Source: an uncultured bacterium (lineage in GTDB: Bacteria; Verrucomicrobiota; Verrucomicrobiia; Verrucomicrobiales; DEV007). From it: a DNA stretch of 64,000 nt. The notes under the pieces are model-generated. The model made no database searches and was not told where the DNA came from. It saw only the letters and a list, made by a program, of their open reading frames with translations. The stretch covers positions 32,001 through 96,000 of the forward strand of contig CAXBMO010000014.1 of the NCBI GenBank assembly GCA_963977015.1, read 5' to 3'. Below are positions 1 through 9,136 of the stretch, one piece after another; position 1 is the first letter of the stretch, and each line of letters begins with the position of its first letter. The position numbers and the translations under genes were made by a program.

Positions 1-323
1 GCCTCGGCGGTCTTCCGCCCCAGAACCACGCGCAATTGCGCCAGCAAAGCCGCCTCAAAACCCAGCAGAGCATCCCGGCTCGCCCGTTTCACCGCGTCCT
101 GCGAGGTTGTCTCAAAACGCTCCGCCTCCTTTCGCCCCTCCTCAATGATGCGGGCCGCCTCTTCCTTCGCTTTGGTTAGCATTTGCCGAGCCTGGGTTTC
201 GGCCGATTTCAAGACGCGACCAGCCTCAACCTCGGCCTCCTCGACGGCCTCGCGGCGGATCGAGTCGATCAGAGATTGGAAGGCGTTGATGGAGTCGTCA
301 GCGTGGTCGGTTGCAGTGGGCAT
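1..323 (-). CDS. V/A-type ATP synthase subunit E, N-terminal part (runs off the window start)
   Basis: Not in the ORF track. Manual translation MPTATDHADDSINAFQSLIDSIRREAVEEAEVEAGRVLKSAETQARQMLTKAKEEAARIIEEGRKEAE is the coiled coil typical of subunit E. RBS GAGGAG precedes the ATG. Confidence 0.7.
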   Translation of the reverse strand, partial: MPTATDHADDSINAFQSLIDSIRREAVEEAEVEAGRVLKSAETQARQMLTKAKEEAARIIEEGRKEAERFETTSQDAVKRASRDALLGFEAALLAQLRVVLGRKTAE

Positions 324-341
324 AAGCTCCTCAGCGCTTAA

Positions 342-366
342 AACGCCACCCTGACGAATACCACTC
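342..366 (-). promoter_or_regulatory. Putative ECF promoter GAGTG-N16-CGTT upstream of ATPase subunit E
   Basis: One mismatch to the motif repeated across the island; same 16-bp spacer. Confidence 0.55.
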
Positions 367-393
367 AAAGTTTTTTGAGGGCCACATGGCGAA

Positions 394-972
394 TCAAGAA
401 TTGATGGGTGATCCCTCCGATTTGTTGGAGCCAGGGATTTTGCAAAACCCTTGAGGCGGAATGTCGAGGGCGCTGTTGAATTTGCTGGAAAGATTTTGGA
501 AAGCGATCAGCCCGGTCAACTCGACAATGGCGTCCTCGCTGAAATACTCCTTGAGACGATCAAGCAACGAAGTATCGACTGGCTGGCCGGAGCGGGTCAT
601 GGCCTCGGTATATTCCAGGACGACCCGTTCTCGCGCATCGAAGCAATCGCTTGTCTTCCACTCCTCCAGGGCCTCCACCTTCTCCATAGACCCGGACCGC
701 TTGGCCAGGGTCATCGAGTTGATGTCCACGCAGAACCGGCACCAGTTGATCTGCGAGACCCGAACGGTCACTAGCGAACGCAGCGCCGGGTCAATGGGCG
801 AACGCCTGCGATCCAGAACTCCATAAAGAATCGCAACCGCTGCAAACAATCGCGGCACGCGTCCCCAGACTAATCCCGGAACGAGAACCTGGCCATATTT
901 GCGTTTCTGGTTCCAGAAAAACGGGCGCAGATACCAAGGGTATTCATGCAACGGCTTGGTGGAAATTTTCAT
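394..972 (-). CDS. Carboxymuconolactone decarboxylase / AhpD-like protein
   Basis: MKISTKPLHEYPWYLRPFF start; LVTVRVSQINWCRFCVD CxxC motif; EDAIVELT..IAFQN. The longer ORF-track start is antisense to glgX. Confidence 0.85.
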   Translation of the reverse strand: MKISTKPLHEYPWYLRPFFWNQKRKYGQVLVPGLVWGRVPRLFAAVAILYGVLDRRRSPIDPALRSLVTVRVSQINWCRFCVDINSMTLAKRSGSMEKVEALEEWKTSDCFDARERVVLEYTEAMTRSGQPVDTSLLDRLKEYFSEDAIVELTGLIAFQNLSSKFNSALDIPPQGFCKIPGSNKSEGSPINS

Positions 973-1036
973 CCTGATCTTGGTGAATTCATGGTTTTCT
1001 GCAGGAGGTTGGAATTTCAATCTTCCCCTTGGTTCC

Positions 1037-1061
1037 AACGCCGGACGGACCAAATCCCCTC
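1037..1061 (-). promoter_or_regulatory. Putative ECF promoter GAGGG-N16-CGTT (AhpD-like gene)
   Basis: Exact motif; one of a back-to-back divergent pair. Confidence 0.65.
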
Positions 1062-1071
1062 CGGATAAATT

Positions 1072-1096
1072 GAGGGAGCATGGCAAATCCGGCGTT
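1072..1096 (+). promoter_or_regulatory. Putative ECF promoter GAGGG-N16-CGTT (glgX)
   Basis: Exact motif tGAGGGagcatggcaaatccggCGTTgaac. Confidence 0.65.
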
Positions 1097-1116
1097 GAAC
1101 AAAGTAAAGCTGGAGG

Positions 1117-3225
1117 ATGAATATTTCCGTCTCCAACGTAAGTAACCCCATGACCACGCGCTGGCACAGCAACGAAGGATGCTCGTTTCCGGTAGGTGTC
1201 TCCTGGGTTGAGAAGGAGTCCGCCTACAACTTCGCGCTCTACTCTAAGAACGCGCACACCGTAACGCTTCAATTTTACACTCAAGAATGCCTGAACGAAC
1301 CCGTGTTCCGGTTTGAGTTCGACTACCTGAAGAACAAATCCGGGCCAATCTGGCATTGCCGGATTCCCCGCAACCGGCTTGGAAACGCGCGCTACTACGC
1401 CTACCGCATTGCCGGGCCCCCGCCGGGACCGCGATTTGAATGGCACAACTTTGACCCTGAAAAGCTCCTCCTCGACCCCTATGCCAAAACCGTCTACTTC
1501 CCGCCTGACTTTGACCGAGAGGCAGCGATAACTCCCGGCTCGAACGAAGGACGCGCACCTCTGGGGCAGCTTGAAGACATCGGCTGCGATTGCGCTTTTG
1601 ATTGGGGAGAAGACAAGCCGCCGCGTCACGACTCGGACCTCGTCATCTACGAAATGCACGTCCGTGGTTTCACCCGCCATGCCAGTTCCGGGATTGCGGA
1701 GGAAAAACGCGGAACTTTCGCCGGTGTGATCGAGAAAATCCCGCATTTGACCGAGCTGGGCGTTACGGCGGTCGAGTTGATGCCGGTTTTTCAGTTCGAT
1801 CCGCAGGAGAGCAACTACTGGGGCTACATGCCGCTGAGCTTCTTCGCTCCCCATCACGCTTACTCGGTGGATGCCGAACAGTGCCGGCAACACGACGAAT
1901 TCCGCGAAATGGTAAAGGCACTCCACGAGGCCGGCATCGAGGTGATTCTGGATGTTGTCTACAACCACACCGGAGAAGGCGATTGCACGGGGCCGATCTA
2001 CAGCTTCAAGGGGGTCGACAACACCAGTTATTACATGCTGACCGGCGATCCCGAAAATCCCTACGCAAATTTCAGCGGGACGGGAAACACTCTCCATACC
2101 GCCAACCGTGCAGTCCGGGAACTCATCATCGACAGCCTGCGTCACTGGGTGTGCGAATGCCATGTCGATGGGTTCCGTTTTGACCTTGCGTCGGTGTTTA
2201 CTCGAAAATCCGATGGCTCAGTCAGCCCGGAGGAGCCGCCGATTTTCGGAGAGATTCGCTCCCATCCCGAACTGGCGGACATTCGCCTCATCGCCGAACC
2301 GTGGGACGCGAGTGGACTCTACCAGTTGGGCCGGCATTTTCCGGGAACGATGTGGATGCAGTGGAATGGCCGTTATCGCGAAACGTTGCAACGTTTTGTG
2401 CGCGGGGATTTCGGGATGGTCGGCGATCTGATGACAAGGATCTATGGCAGCCCGGATTTCTTTCCGGACGAACGGAGCGAGGCGTGTCATCCCTGGCAAA
2501 GCATCAACTATATAGCGAGCCATGACGGGTTCACTCTCTACGACCTGGTTTCTTACAATGAGAAGAACAACTGGGCCAACGGCCACGACAACACCGATGG
2601 CAACGGAGACTTCAGCTGGAACTCCGGCTGGGAGGGCAACGAAGGCGCTTCGCCGGAAACGCTGCGGCTTCGCAAACAACAGGTGAAGAACTTTTTCTGC
2701 CTGCTTATGCTCTCCAACGGGACGCCGATGTTCCGAATGGGTGACGAGTTTCTCAACTCGCAGGGCGGCAACAACAATCCTTATAACCAGGACAATAAAA
2801 CCAGTTGGCTGGATTGGAATCAGCTCCAAATGCATTCGGATGTGTTCGGCTTTTTCAAGCGAATGATCGCGTTCCGCAAGCAGCATCTCTCCATCTCGCG
2901 CTCGCGCTTTTGGCGCGGCGACATCCAGTGGTATGGGACGGGCCGTGACGTGGATTTGTCCGCGGGTTCAAGACAGTTGGCCTATTACCTGAGCGGGGCT
3001 TCGCAAAATAACGACGATCTCTACGTCATGATTAACGCGAGCGACCGTGACACCGAGTTTAAGATTCAGGAAGGAGTTGCCGGTGACTGGAGAAGAGCAG
3101 TCGATACGGCAAAAATGGCTCCGGATGACATCCTGGAACCCGGCGAGGAGAAACCCCTGCGTTCCGCCGCCTGCAATGTAAAAGGGCGTTCAGTAGTGGT
3201 GATTATTCGGCTGATTTCATCATGA
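1117..3225 (+). CDS. glgX: Glycogen debranching enzyme / isoamylase (GH13)
   Basis: Motifs LLDPYA, IYEMHVRGFT, NYWGY, DVVYNHT, VDGFRFDLA, LIAEPWD, SHDGFTLYDLVSYN. Start may be 1150. Confidence 0.93.
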   Translation: MNISVSNVSNPMTTRWHSNEGCSFPVGVSWVEKESAYNFALYSKNAHTVTLQFYTQECLNEPVFRFEFDYLKNKSGPIWHCRIPRNRLGNARYYAYRIAGPPPGPRFEWHNFDPEKLLLDPYAKTVYFPPDFDREAAITPGSNEGRAPLGQLEDIGCDCAFDWGEDKPPRHDSDLVIYEMHVRGFTRHASSGIAEEKRGTFAGVIEKIPHLTELGVTAVELMPVFQFDPQESNYWGYMPLSFFAPHHAYSVDAEQCRQHDEFREMVKALHEAGIEVILDVVYNHTGEGDCTGPIYSFKGVDNTSYYMLTGDPENPYANFSGTGNTLHTANRAVRELIIDSLRHWVCECHVDGFRFDLASVFTRKSDGSVSPEEPPIFGEIRSHPELADIRLIAEPWDASGLYQLGRHFPGTMWMQWNGRYRETLQRFVRGDFGMVGDLMTRIYGSPDFFPDERSEACHPWQSINYIASHDGFTLYDLVSYNEKNNWANGHDNTDGNGDFSWNSGWEGNEGASPETLRLRKQQVKNFFCLLMLSNGTPMFRMGDEFLNSQGGNNNPYNQDNKTSWLDWNQLQMHSDVFGFFKRMIAFRKQHLSISRSRFWRGDIQWYGTGRDVDLSAGSRQLAYYLSGASQNNDDLYVMINASDRDTEFKIQEGVAGDWRRAVDTAKMAPDDILEPGEEKPLRSAACNVKGRSVVVIIRLISS

Positions 3226-3248
3226 GGGATCACCGTGAAAACGCCGTT
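3224..3248 (+). promoter_or_regulatory. Putative ECF promoter GAGGG-N16-CGTT
   Basis: Exact motif upstream of the small lipoprotein ORF and the oxidase remnant. Confidence 0.55.
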
Positions 3249-3284
3249 TGAATAGATGAGAGCCCTTAAAACTCTTCTCCAACC

Positions 3285-3437
3285 ATGACCCTTCGAACTT
3301 CAACAGCCGCTCTGGCCGCAGTCTTAGCCGGCCTCCTATCCGCGTCCTGCGTGACGACGCGAAACTCCACCGCAAACGCAGTTCCGCGATCCACAAGAAA
3401 GAGCCTGATATGTCAAATCGAAACCGTGGTCCGGTAG
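3285..3437 (+). CDS. Small lipoprotein-like ORF (possibly a remnant)
   Basis: MTLRTSTAALAAVLAGLLSASC signal peptide and lipobox; 50 aa; directly follows a motif copy. Confidence 0.3.
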   Translation: MTLRTSTAALAAVLAGLLSASCVTTRNSTANAVPRSTRKSLICQIETVVR

Positions 3438-3694
3438 GTCGCCTTGCCATCGTCCTAGCGCTTCTCACATCAGTTGGCTGCGGTGCCGATCCGGACTCTG
3501 CCGCTTTGACTGTGGTGACCGCCGAGCAGATCCTCCTCGACCAGTTCGAAGGCTGGCGCGACACGGTTCTGATCTGGCCGCAGGAAACGGTCGATGTCGG
3601 AGTCGTGCCACTCGACAAAGGAAAATGGCTGACCCACTGCCACATTCAAGAACATGCCGAAGCCGGGATGATGACGCTGGTGGAGGTCGAATAA
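3410..3694 (+). pseudogene. Multicopper oxidase remnant (lipoprotein signal fused to the C-terminal Cu-binding motif)
   Basis: WRDTVLI...GKWLTHCHIQEHAEAGMM; only 94 aa, all other domains absent. Confidence 0.7.
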
Positions 3695-3954
3695 ATCGAA
3701 AGCCCGCACCCGGGAGGCAGAAATAGCCGTAAGACGGTTAGCGAGACGAGCAGCACGAAGGTGGTTCTTGCTCCCCCGCGCTTTGATGATGATGCCCACC
3801 AGTAACGCACGAGGTGAGGGCGAGCGCAGCAAGAGCTATTCCAATGAAGAACAACAATTTTAGTTTCATTTTTGTATTTGTGGTGTGAATGCGCGGATTA
3901 AGGTTGTTAGGCGATCCCGGACACGAAATGCGGGTCCGCCCATCCGGTCCAACG

Positions 3955-5148
3955 TCACGCGCCGGACAATCCCTCGGAATTTTGAGTGAGCTTCAGAGCG
4001 AAGCGCCGGAAGAGCATCGGCCCGGCCAGGGTAGTCGCCACCAGAACCAGCGTCAGCACGGAGAATTGGCTCTGGGTCAGAGCGAGTGTTGTCAATCCCA
4101 CCTGCGCGAAAACCAGCCCTACTTCGCCGCGAGGGACCATTCCGCTTCCAATCGCGGCGCGGTTCAATCCGCCACCCGGAGCCAGCCAGGGAGCGGCGAT
4201 CTTCGAGCCGACGGCAATCCCCACCAGGAGAACGACGACGCCGAATTCCGCCCATCCCATCCCACCATCGAACGCGATCGAGCTTCCGATGAGCACGAAA
4301 AAGATCGGCGTCAGCAAATCCGTCAACGGCTCGAAGGCTTTTTCCAATGCGGCTTCGTCGCGCTTGGAGAAGACGAGGCCGGCGGCGTAGGAACCGATAA
4401 TTGCAGCCAAACCCACGCGTTCGGCAAGGTGAGCCATGACGAGCAGGTAACCGAACGCGAGGGCAACGAGCACCACTTCACCGCGCAGCCAGTCGGTTAG
4501 CTTGTCGAACAGGCGCACGACGTGGGGGCCCAGGGCAACGGCCGCGCCGAGAAAGAGGACTGCTTGAAACAAGCTTCTTCCAAGGGCGGGCCCGATCGAT
4601 TCCGTCTGCGCGGTGAGGGCGGTGATGACGGAGAGCAGCAGGAGCCCGAGCACGTCATCCATGACGGCGGCACCCATGATGATGCGGGCTTCGGGGGAAT
4701 CCCGGACGCCGAGTTCTTCGATCACCGCCGCCGTCACTCCGATACTCGTCGCGGTGAGGGCTGCGCCCAGGAAGAGGGCCGCCGGAAACGGCCACTGAAT
4801 CAGGAGTCCGATGCCTAGACCGAGACCGAAAGGAAGAATCATCCCGGCGGCGGCAACCGCCAGCGCCGGACGCCAGACCCGCGTGAAATGCTGGAGGCGT
4901 GTTTCCAGCCCGATCTTGAAAAGCAACACGCAGAGGCCGATCTCGGCCAATTCAAAGAAACCATTGGAACCTCCGTTCCCGTTGTCGCCGTGAGCTTCTC
5001 CCGGTTGGATCAGGCCGAGGACCATCGGGCCGAGCAGGACGCCTGCGAGGATCTGCCCCACCACTGCGGGCAATCCAGCGCGCCGGCCAAGCTGTCCGAG
5101 CAAAATTGCCGGTATTATCGCCAGTGGCAGGAGCAGGTGCAGACTCAT
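3955..5148 (-). CDS. Cation:proton antiporter (CPA2/NapA-Kef family)
   Basis: Many TM helices; LFKIGLE, ATSIGVT, GAAVMDDVLG, GMVPRGEVGL. Confidence 0.9.
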   Translation of the reverse strand: MSLHLLLPLAIIPAILLGQLGRRAGLPAVVGQILAGVLLGPMVLGLIQPGEAHGDNGNGGSNGFFELAEIGLCVLLFKIGLETRLQHFTRVWRPALAVAAAGMILPFGLGLGIGLLIQWPFPAALFLGAALTATSIGVTAAVIEELGVRDSPEARIIMGAAVMDDVLGLLLLSVITALTAQTESIGPALGRSLFQAVLFLGAAVALGPHVVRLFDKLTDWLRGEVVLVALAFGYLLVMAHLAERVGLAAIIGSYAAGLVFSKRDEAALEKAFEPLTDLLTPIFFVLIGSSIAFDGGMGWAEFGVVVLLVGIAVGSKIAAPWLAPGGGLNRAAIGSGMVPRGEVGLVFAQVGLTTLALTQSQFSVLTLVLVATTLAGPMLFRRFALKLTQNSEGLSGA

Positions 5149-5154
5149 GACCGA

Positions 5155-5844
5155 TTACTCATCCTTAGACGGGGTGTGTTGCATGCCGTCCGCCGGACCA
5201 CAGTGACAATCGTCAGTCTGAAGCTTGCCCGTCTTATCCGGAGAAGGATGGCAAGGGCATTCGTAACCGGGATCGAGAAACCTTGCCAGCAAACGTTGGA
5301 CGAGCCGGCTGGGGTCTGAATCGTAGATTACCTCCGCGCCAGTCGATTTGTGGATCTGGCTTTCGATCGTTTTCATCACATCCGAAATGCCTCCAGTCCC
5401 GGTGAGAACGCCGATCAGTTTTCCTTCATCATAAGCAATCGCAAATTCTCCCAAGGTTCCGGAACTTCCGCCGACCAGGACTACGATGTCGCTGCTGCGA
5501 ATATTGATCAGCTCGCGTCCCATGAAACCGAGACCGGTGTAAATCAACACATCGTATTCCTGCCAGGGAGAGTTGAAAGTCTCGACATGCTCCTTGAAGC
5601 TGATCGCCGGCGAAATGCCAATGGTGTGACCAGCCTCATCCTTGGCCCCAAAAGCGGCGGCTTGCGGCAGGCCCGGGCAGGCGCCCGTAAGGAGACAACA
5701 TCCTCGCCGGGCCACGGACTTTCCCAACACCCGGCAACGTTGCACAACTTCCCGGTCGTGGTCGCCACTCGCCGAACCCATGACGCCAAAGCGCACCGGA
5801 TGTCCGTTTAGGGGATTGATTCCGATGGTTGGTTGGGTTGGCAT
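5155..5844 (-). CDS. LOG/SLOG family Rossmann-fold protein (TIGR00725-like) with Cys/His tail
   Basis: FGVMGSA, LLTGACPGLP, YTGLGFMGRELINIRSSD, GGSSGTLGE. Start set at MPTQP. Confidence 0.8.
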   Translation of the reverse strand: MPTQPTIGINPLNGHPVRFGVMGSASGDHDREVVQRCRVLGKSVARRGCCLLTGACPGLPQAAAFGAKDEAGHTIGISPAISFKEHVETFNSPWQEYDVLIYTGLGFMGRELINIRSSDIVVLVGGSSGTLGEFAIAYDEGKLIGVLTGTGGISDVMKTIESQIHKSTGAEVIYDSDPSRLVQRLLARFLDPGYECPCHPSPDKTGKLQTDDCHCGPADGMQHTPSKDE

Positions 5845-5904
5845 GGCATGGAGCTTAATAAATCTCAATTTGAATTTCGTTTGTATTCCCCTTGCATTGC
5901 TTCT

Positions 5905-5929
5905 AACGCCGACAAAGGGGCCTACCCTC
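5905..5929 (-). promoter_or_regulatory. Putative ECF promoter GAGGG-N16-CGTT (LOG-antiporter operon)
   Basis: Exact motif. Confidence 0.65.
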
Positions 5930-6030
5930 AGAAAATCCGTAGAAGTCAGGGCACCAAAAGCGAGTGGCCAATAGCGCGATTTCAAAATCAAGCTGGGCAG
6001 TTCATCGGAAGGCTGCAACCAAAGGGCCAT

Positions 6031-6369
6031 CTATGAACTTCCATCACCTGCGGCTTTCAACTTCGCCAGGTATTTCTCTGGGGCTTCCTTGAAATCGTCG
6101 ATGCACGACTTGCAACAAAACTTCACGGTGGTGCCGTTGTGGTCCATGGTGATTGGGTCGCCCATGCTTCCAAGGTCTTCGTCTGAAACGACGCAGGTTT
6201 TCAAGGGGTAACCATCATCCGTGGCCGACGTTTGGGCCGTGTTGCTGGCTTGATGGTTGTGAGTTCCGTGGTTATGACCATCATCTTTATGGCCGTCATC
6301 GCAAGCGATGATAAGAAAGGCGCCGACAAGGGCTGCAATGGGGGCGCCGATTAACAGTTTCAAGTTCAT
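6031..6369 (-). CDS. His-rich lipoprotein with YHS/TRASH-like metal-binding domain
   Basis: LIIAC lipobox; HNHGTHNH; CVVS...VKFCCKSCIDDF..PEKYL. Confidence 0.8.
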   Translation of the reverse strand: MNLKLLIGAPIAALVGAFLIIACDDGHKDDGHNHGTHNHQASNTAQTSATDDGYPLKTCVVSDEDLGSMGDPITMDHNGTTVKFCCKSCIDDFKEAPEKYLAKLKAAGDGSS

Positions 6370-6390
6370 GGTCGCTGGTTTGTAGAGTTG

Positions 6391-7164
6391 TCAGGATGGT
6401 TCGATTTCGTAGATCCGGTAAACGTTTCCGAGTTCGTCTTCGCTTTTTTGGTAGAGCGGCCAAGCTACGACACGGTCACTCCTGACCCATTTTGGTGGGA
6501 TCGGAGACTGCTTCTGGAGAATGCGATGAAAGTCATCTGGGTTTGCAAATAGGACGATGATCCGGCGAGGATTTGCGCGCAGCGATGCCGCCAGGTTGTC
6601 GATCACTTTCTCCAAAACGGGCCCACGAAACGGGTTGAAGAAGTGGAGCACCGTTGCGTCCTCCGGAATCGGATATTGCGTCGCGTCTTGCTGAATTATT
6701 TCCACGGAGCCACAGCGGAATCGAACACGTTGGCTAGCAACTGCTAAATTCTGTTCCGCCTCATCAGCCAACTCGGGCAGGAACTCTACGCCGATGACCC
6801 TTCGGAGGGGCAATTTTGCGGCCTCCAACAAGACTCTTCCGCGGCCCGCTCCAAAGTCGATGAAAACGTCGTCCTTGTGCAACTCCCTGGGGCAATGGCG
6901 CAGGGCCGCGCGAAATGACAAATAGTTGGTGGGGGCGTAATCGACGTAGTCTTCGCTCTCGATGCCCAACTGGCTCAGCGGCAGGCAACGACTGGTGGAA
7001 ATCCCGAAACGTCGATCGGTCCAGCGGTCGACAGAAAGATTGACCAGGACACCAAATCCTTTCCATGCCCCGTGATGCCGAAACACCTGGACGATCCTTG
7101 CCGGATAACGAGTGAGGCGCACCAAGGGATACTGGGCCGGCTGAGCCGCTGCGGAGTCGCTCAT
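6391..7164 (-). CDS. Class I SAM-dependent methyltransferase
   Basis: FIDFGAGRGR, VIGVEF, QDAT, FFNPF. Confidence 0.8.
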   Translation of the reverse strand: MSDSAAAQPAQYPLVRLTRYPARIVQVFRHHGAWKGFGVLVNLSVDRWTDRRFGISTSRCLPLSQLGIESEDYVDYAPTNYLSFRAALRHCPRELHKDDVFIDFGAGRGRVLLEAAKLPLRRVIGVEFLPELADEAEQNLAVASQRVRFRCGSVEIIQQDATQYPIPEDATVLHFFNPFRGPVLEKVIDNLAASLRANPRRIIVLFANPDDFHRILQKQSPIPPKWVRSDRVVAWPLYQKSEDELGNVYRIYEIEPS

Positions 7165-7173
7165 GGTTGGTAG

Positions 7174-7198
7174 AACTCCGCGAATCGAGCAATCCCTC
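7174..7198 (-). promoter_or_regulatory. Putative ECF promoter GAGGG-N16-AGTT (methyltransferase-YHS operon)
   Basis: One mismatch; the ATG lies 9 nt downstream. Confidence 0.55.
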
Positions 7199-7217
7199 AA
7201 AAATTCTGTCGCAACTC

Positions 7218-7691
7218 TTATTCGGACCTGGAATAGACCGTCACCAGGAGGACTCCGCTATTGCCGCCCGGATTGGCTTCGAATGAGGTAGAATAAGCTT
7301 CCGGAGTTCCCAGGGCAATCGTAAGCCTACCATGTTGGTCCAATTGGTAGATCGCCTTCATTTCCGGGACGAGTTCGTTAGCGGGTCCCACTTTTTCGGT
7401 GAGGATTCGCATTTGATGGGGATTTTTGGATTCATCCGTCTCGATGCGGCCGCTACTGGAAAACTTTTGAGTCTTCCAATCGGCTTGGACGAACGTCCCA
7501 TCCGCATTGATCCGCATGGTCAGGGCGTTTCCGGAGGTTCTGGCCCACTGCTGCGCGGTAGCTGGCTTGCTCTGGCCAATGAGCCAATAACTCTGTGGTA
7601 TCCAAAGCCCGGTTAGCTCCTTGGGAGTCTCGGCTTTCAACGCCGGGCCGCAGCAGACGAGAATCAGGATGATGGAACGCAAGCAGTGCAT
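7218..7691 (-). CDS. Secreted TIGR03067-like hypothetical protein
   Basis: Signal peptide; ELTGLW...DESKNPHQMRI...KAIYQLD..LTIAL pattern. Confidence 0.55.
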   Translation of the reverse strand: MHCLRSIILILVCCGPALKAETPKELTGLWIPQSYWLIGQSKPATAQQWARTSGNALTMRINADGTFVQADWKTQKFSSSGRIETDESKNPHQMRILTEKVGPANELVPEMKAIYQLDQHGRLTIALGTPEAYSTSFEANPGGNSGVLLVTVYSRSE

Positions 7692-7916
7692 AAAGTTAAG
7701 ATTACGGGGAAAATGGGCACCGTCAAAAACGACAAGACAATCCTTTCGGCCGAACAGTCTCAATTTTTTAGGTGATTGGCAAAGATCGTGACGCGGTTCA
7801 GATCACGACGTTCGGCCTCTACGGGTTTGAAAAAAGCGGCCACACTACGGCGAATCGGGGGGCATTCGCACTGACTCGTTTCCAAGGTGTGGCGGACAGG
7901 TTCTGAAAACGGACGT

Positions 7917-8810
7917 TCAATACCAAAACCGAATCCCGGCGGTGGCCATGAACTCGTTTTCCAGCGAGTTTCCGTTCAAGTTTTGCGCCACCGGAATCTG
8001 AACCGCCGCTTCCGCGATCCAGCGCTGGGTGACGTATTGCAGCCCGGGCCCCAGAAACCACTGAAAGCCGCCGGAATCCCCAACCAAACCTCCGAAATCC
8101 CGGTCGCGATCCCGCCAGACCAGATTCGATTCCAGCACCGCGTAGAAAAACCCCGGAACGCCTGCGCCCAGTTCCCGCGGCCAGAGCCGGTACTGAAAAC
8201 TCAGGTCCAACCGCGCTTCGTCGCCGAATTCATAGCCGTCCGCCTGCGTGTTGAACTTCCACGAAGCGGACGCGTCCAGTTGCCATTGCAGCGTCTGCCA
8301 GGTAAACACGCTGCCCGCTATCGGATCCCAGGATCCTGAGCCGAGCTGAAGCGGCGCAGGCAATTCCCCCAATTCGTCGCGCGCGCCATTTTCGCCCGAG
8401 GGCAGTTCCAGGCCGGCGAACGCGCCCAAACGCAGGGTTTCGCCGGGCTGGTCGCGCTGCGCCAGGGTGTAGCGCGCCAACACGCGGACGTCGCCCAAGC
8501 CCGAATCGCCGCGCCTGGTTCGACCGGCCTGGTCCAGGTTTTTCTCCAGAAACGGCAGCACTCCGAAAAGCGTCAACCGCTCGCCTGCGCCGTAGACGAA
8601 CACAGTTGGGTAGGCCCAGACGCTCGCTTTTCTCCCCAGCCCGGATGGATCGCTGCCGGTTTGAAGGTAGTTGGCCTGAACGCGCACCAGCAATTCGTCT
8701 TCGCCCACGGGAAGGGCGGAGTTGGAGGTGATTGGCGCTGCGTGAAGGCCCGTCGGAATGGCTAGCGCCGCGATGAGGCGTACAAAGCCAGAAAGCCGTT
8801 GCAGATTCAT
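7917..8810 (-). CDS. Outer-membrane beta-barrel transporter (MetA-pathway/phenol degradation-like)
   Basis: Signal peptide; SGLGDVRV, LELPSG, LQLGSGSWD; aromatic C-terminus. Confidence 0.7.
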   Translation of the reverse strand: MNLQRLSGFVRLIAALAIPTGLHAAPITSNSALPVGEDELLVRVQANYLQTGSDPSGLGRKASVWAYPTVFVYGAGERLTLFGVLPFLEKNLDQAGRTRRGDSGLGDVRVLARYTLAQRDQPGETLRLGAFAGLELPSGENGARDELGELPAPLQLGSGSWDPIAGSVFTWQTLQWQLDASASWKFNTQADGYEFGDEARLDLSFQYRLWPRELGAGVPGFFYAVLESNLVWRDRDRDFGGLVGDSGGFQWFLGPGLQYVTQRWIAEAAVQIPVAQNLNGNSLENEFMATAGIRFWY

Positions 8811-9136
8811 GACTCCCTCCCTCCGGTGGTTTTCACGCCCGGGGCTACCTCAATCTTGCCTGCGGTAAATCCGGCTTTTTTCACTGCTTGGCGCAGGTTC
8901 GCCAAATCGACCTGCTTCGGTTCCAGGATTAAAACGAAGGTGCCCGTTTTCAAATCGGCGCGAACGCTCTTCACGTTGGGCACTTTTTTCAGCCGTTTTT
9001 CCACGCCGTTGACGCAAAACGGACAAGCCAGGCCATACACGGACATGCGGACGTCCGGAACCGGTTCTGCAGCCGCAAGCGGTAAAATGAACATTAACGT
9101 CAGGCTGGCCAGGAGGAATTGGATGGGTCTCGTCAT
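8807..9136 (-). CDS. Periplasmic HMA-domain metal-binding protein (MerP-like)
   Basis: Signal peptide; GLACPFC; AVKKAGF. Confidence 0.85.
   Translation of the reverse strand: MTRPIQFLLASLTLMFILPLAAAEPVPDVRMSVYGLACPFCVNGVEKRLKKVPNVKSVRADLKTGTFVLILEPKQVDLANLRQAVKKAGFTAGKIEVAPGVKTTGGRES

Noticed and set aside
973-2163. N-terminal extension of the 589-aa ORF 394..2163
   Set aside because: Antisense shadow of glgX; the AhpD-like domain and its promoter motif place the start at 972.
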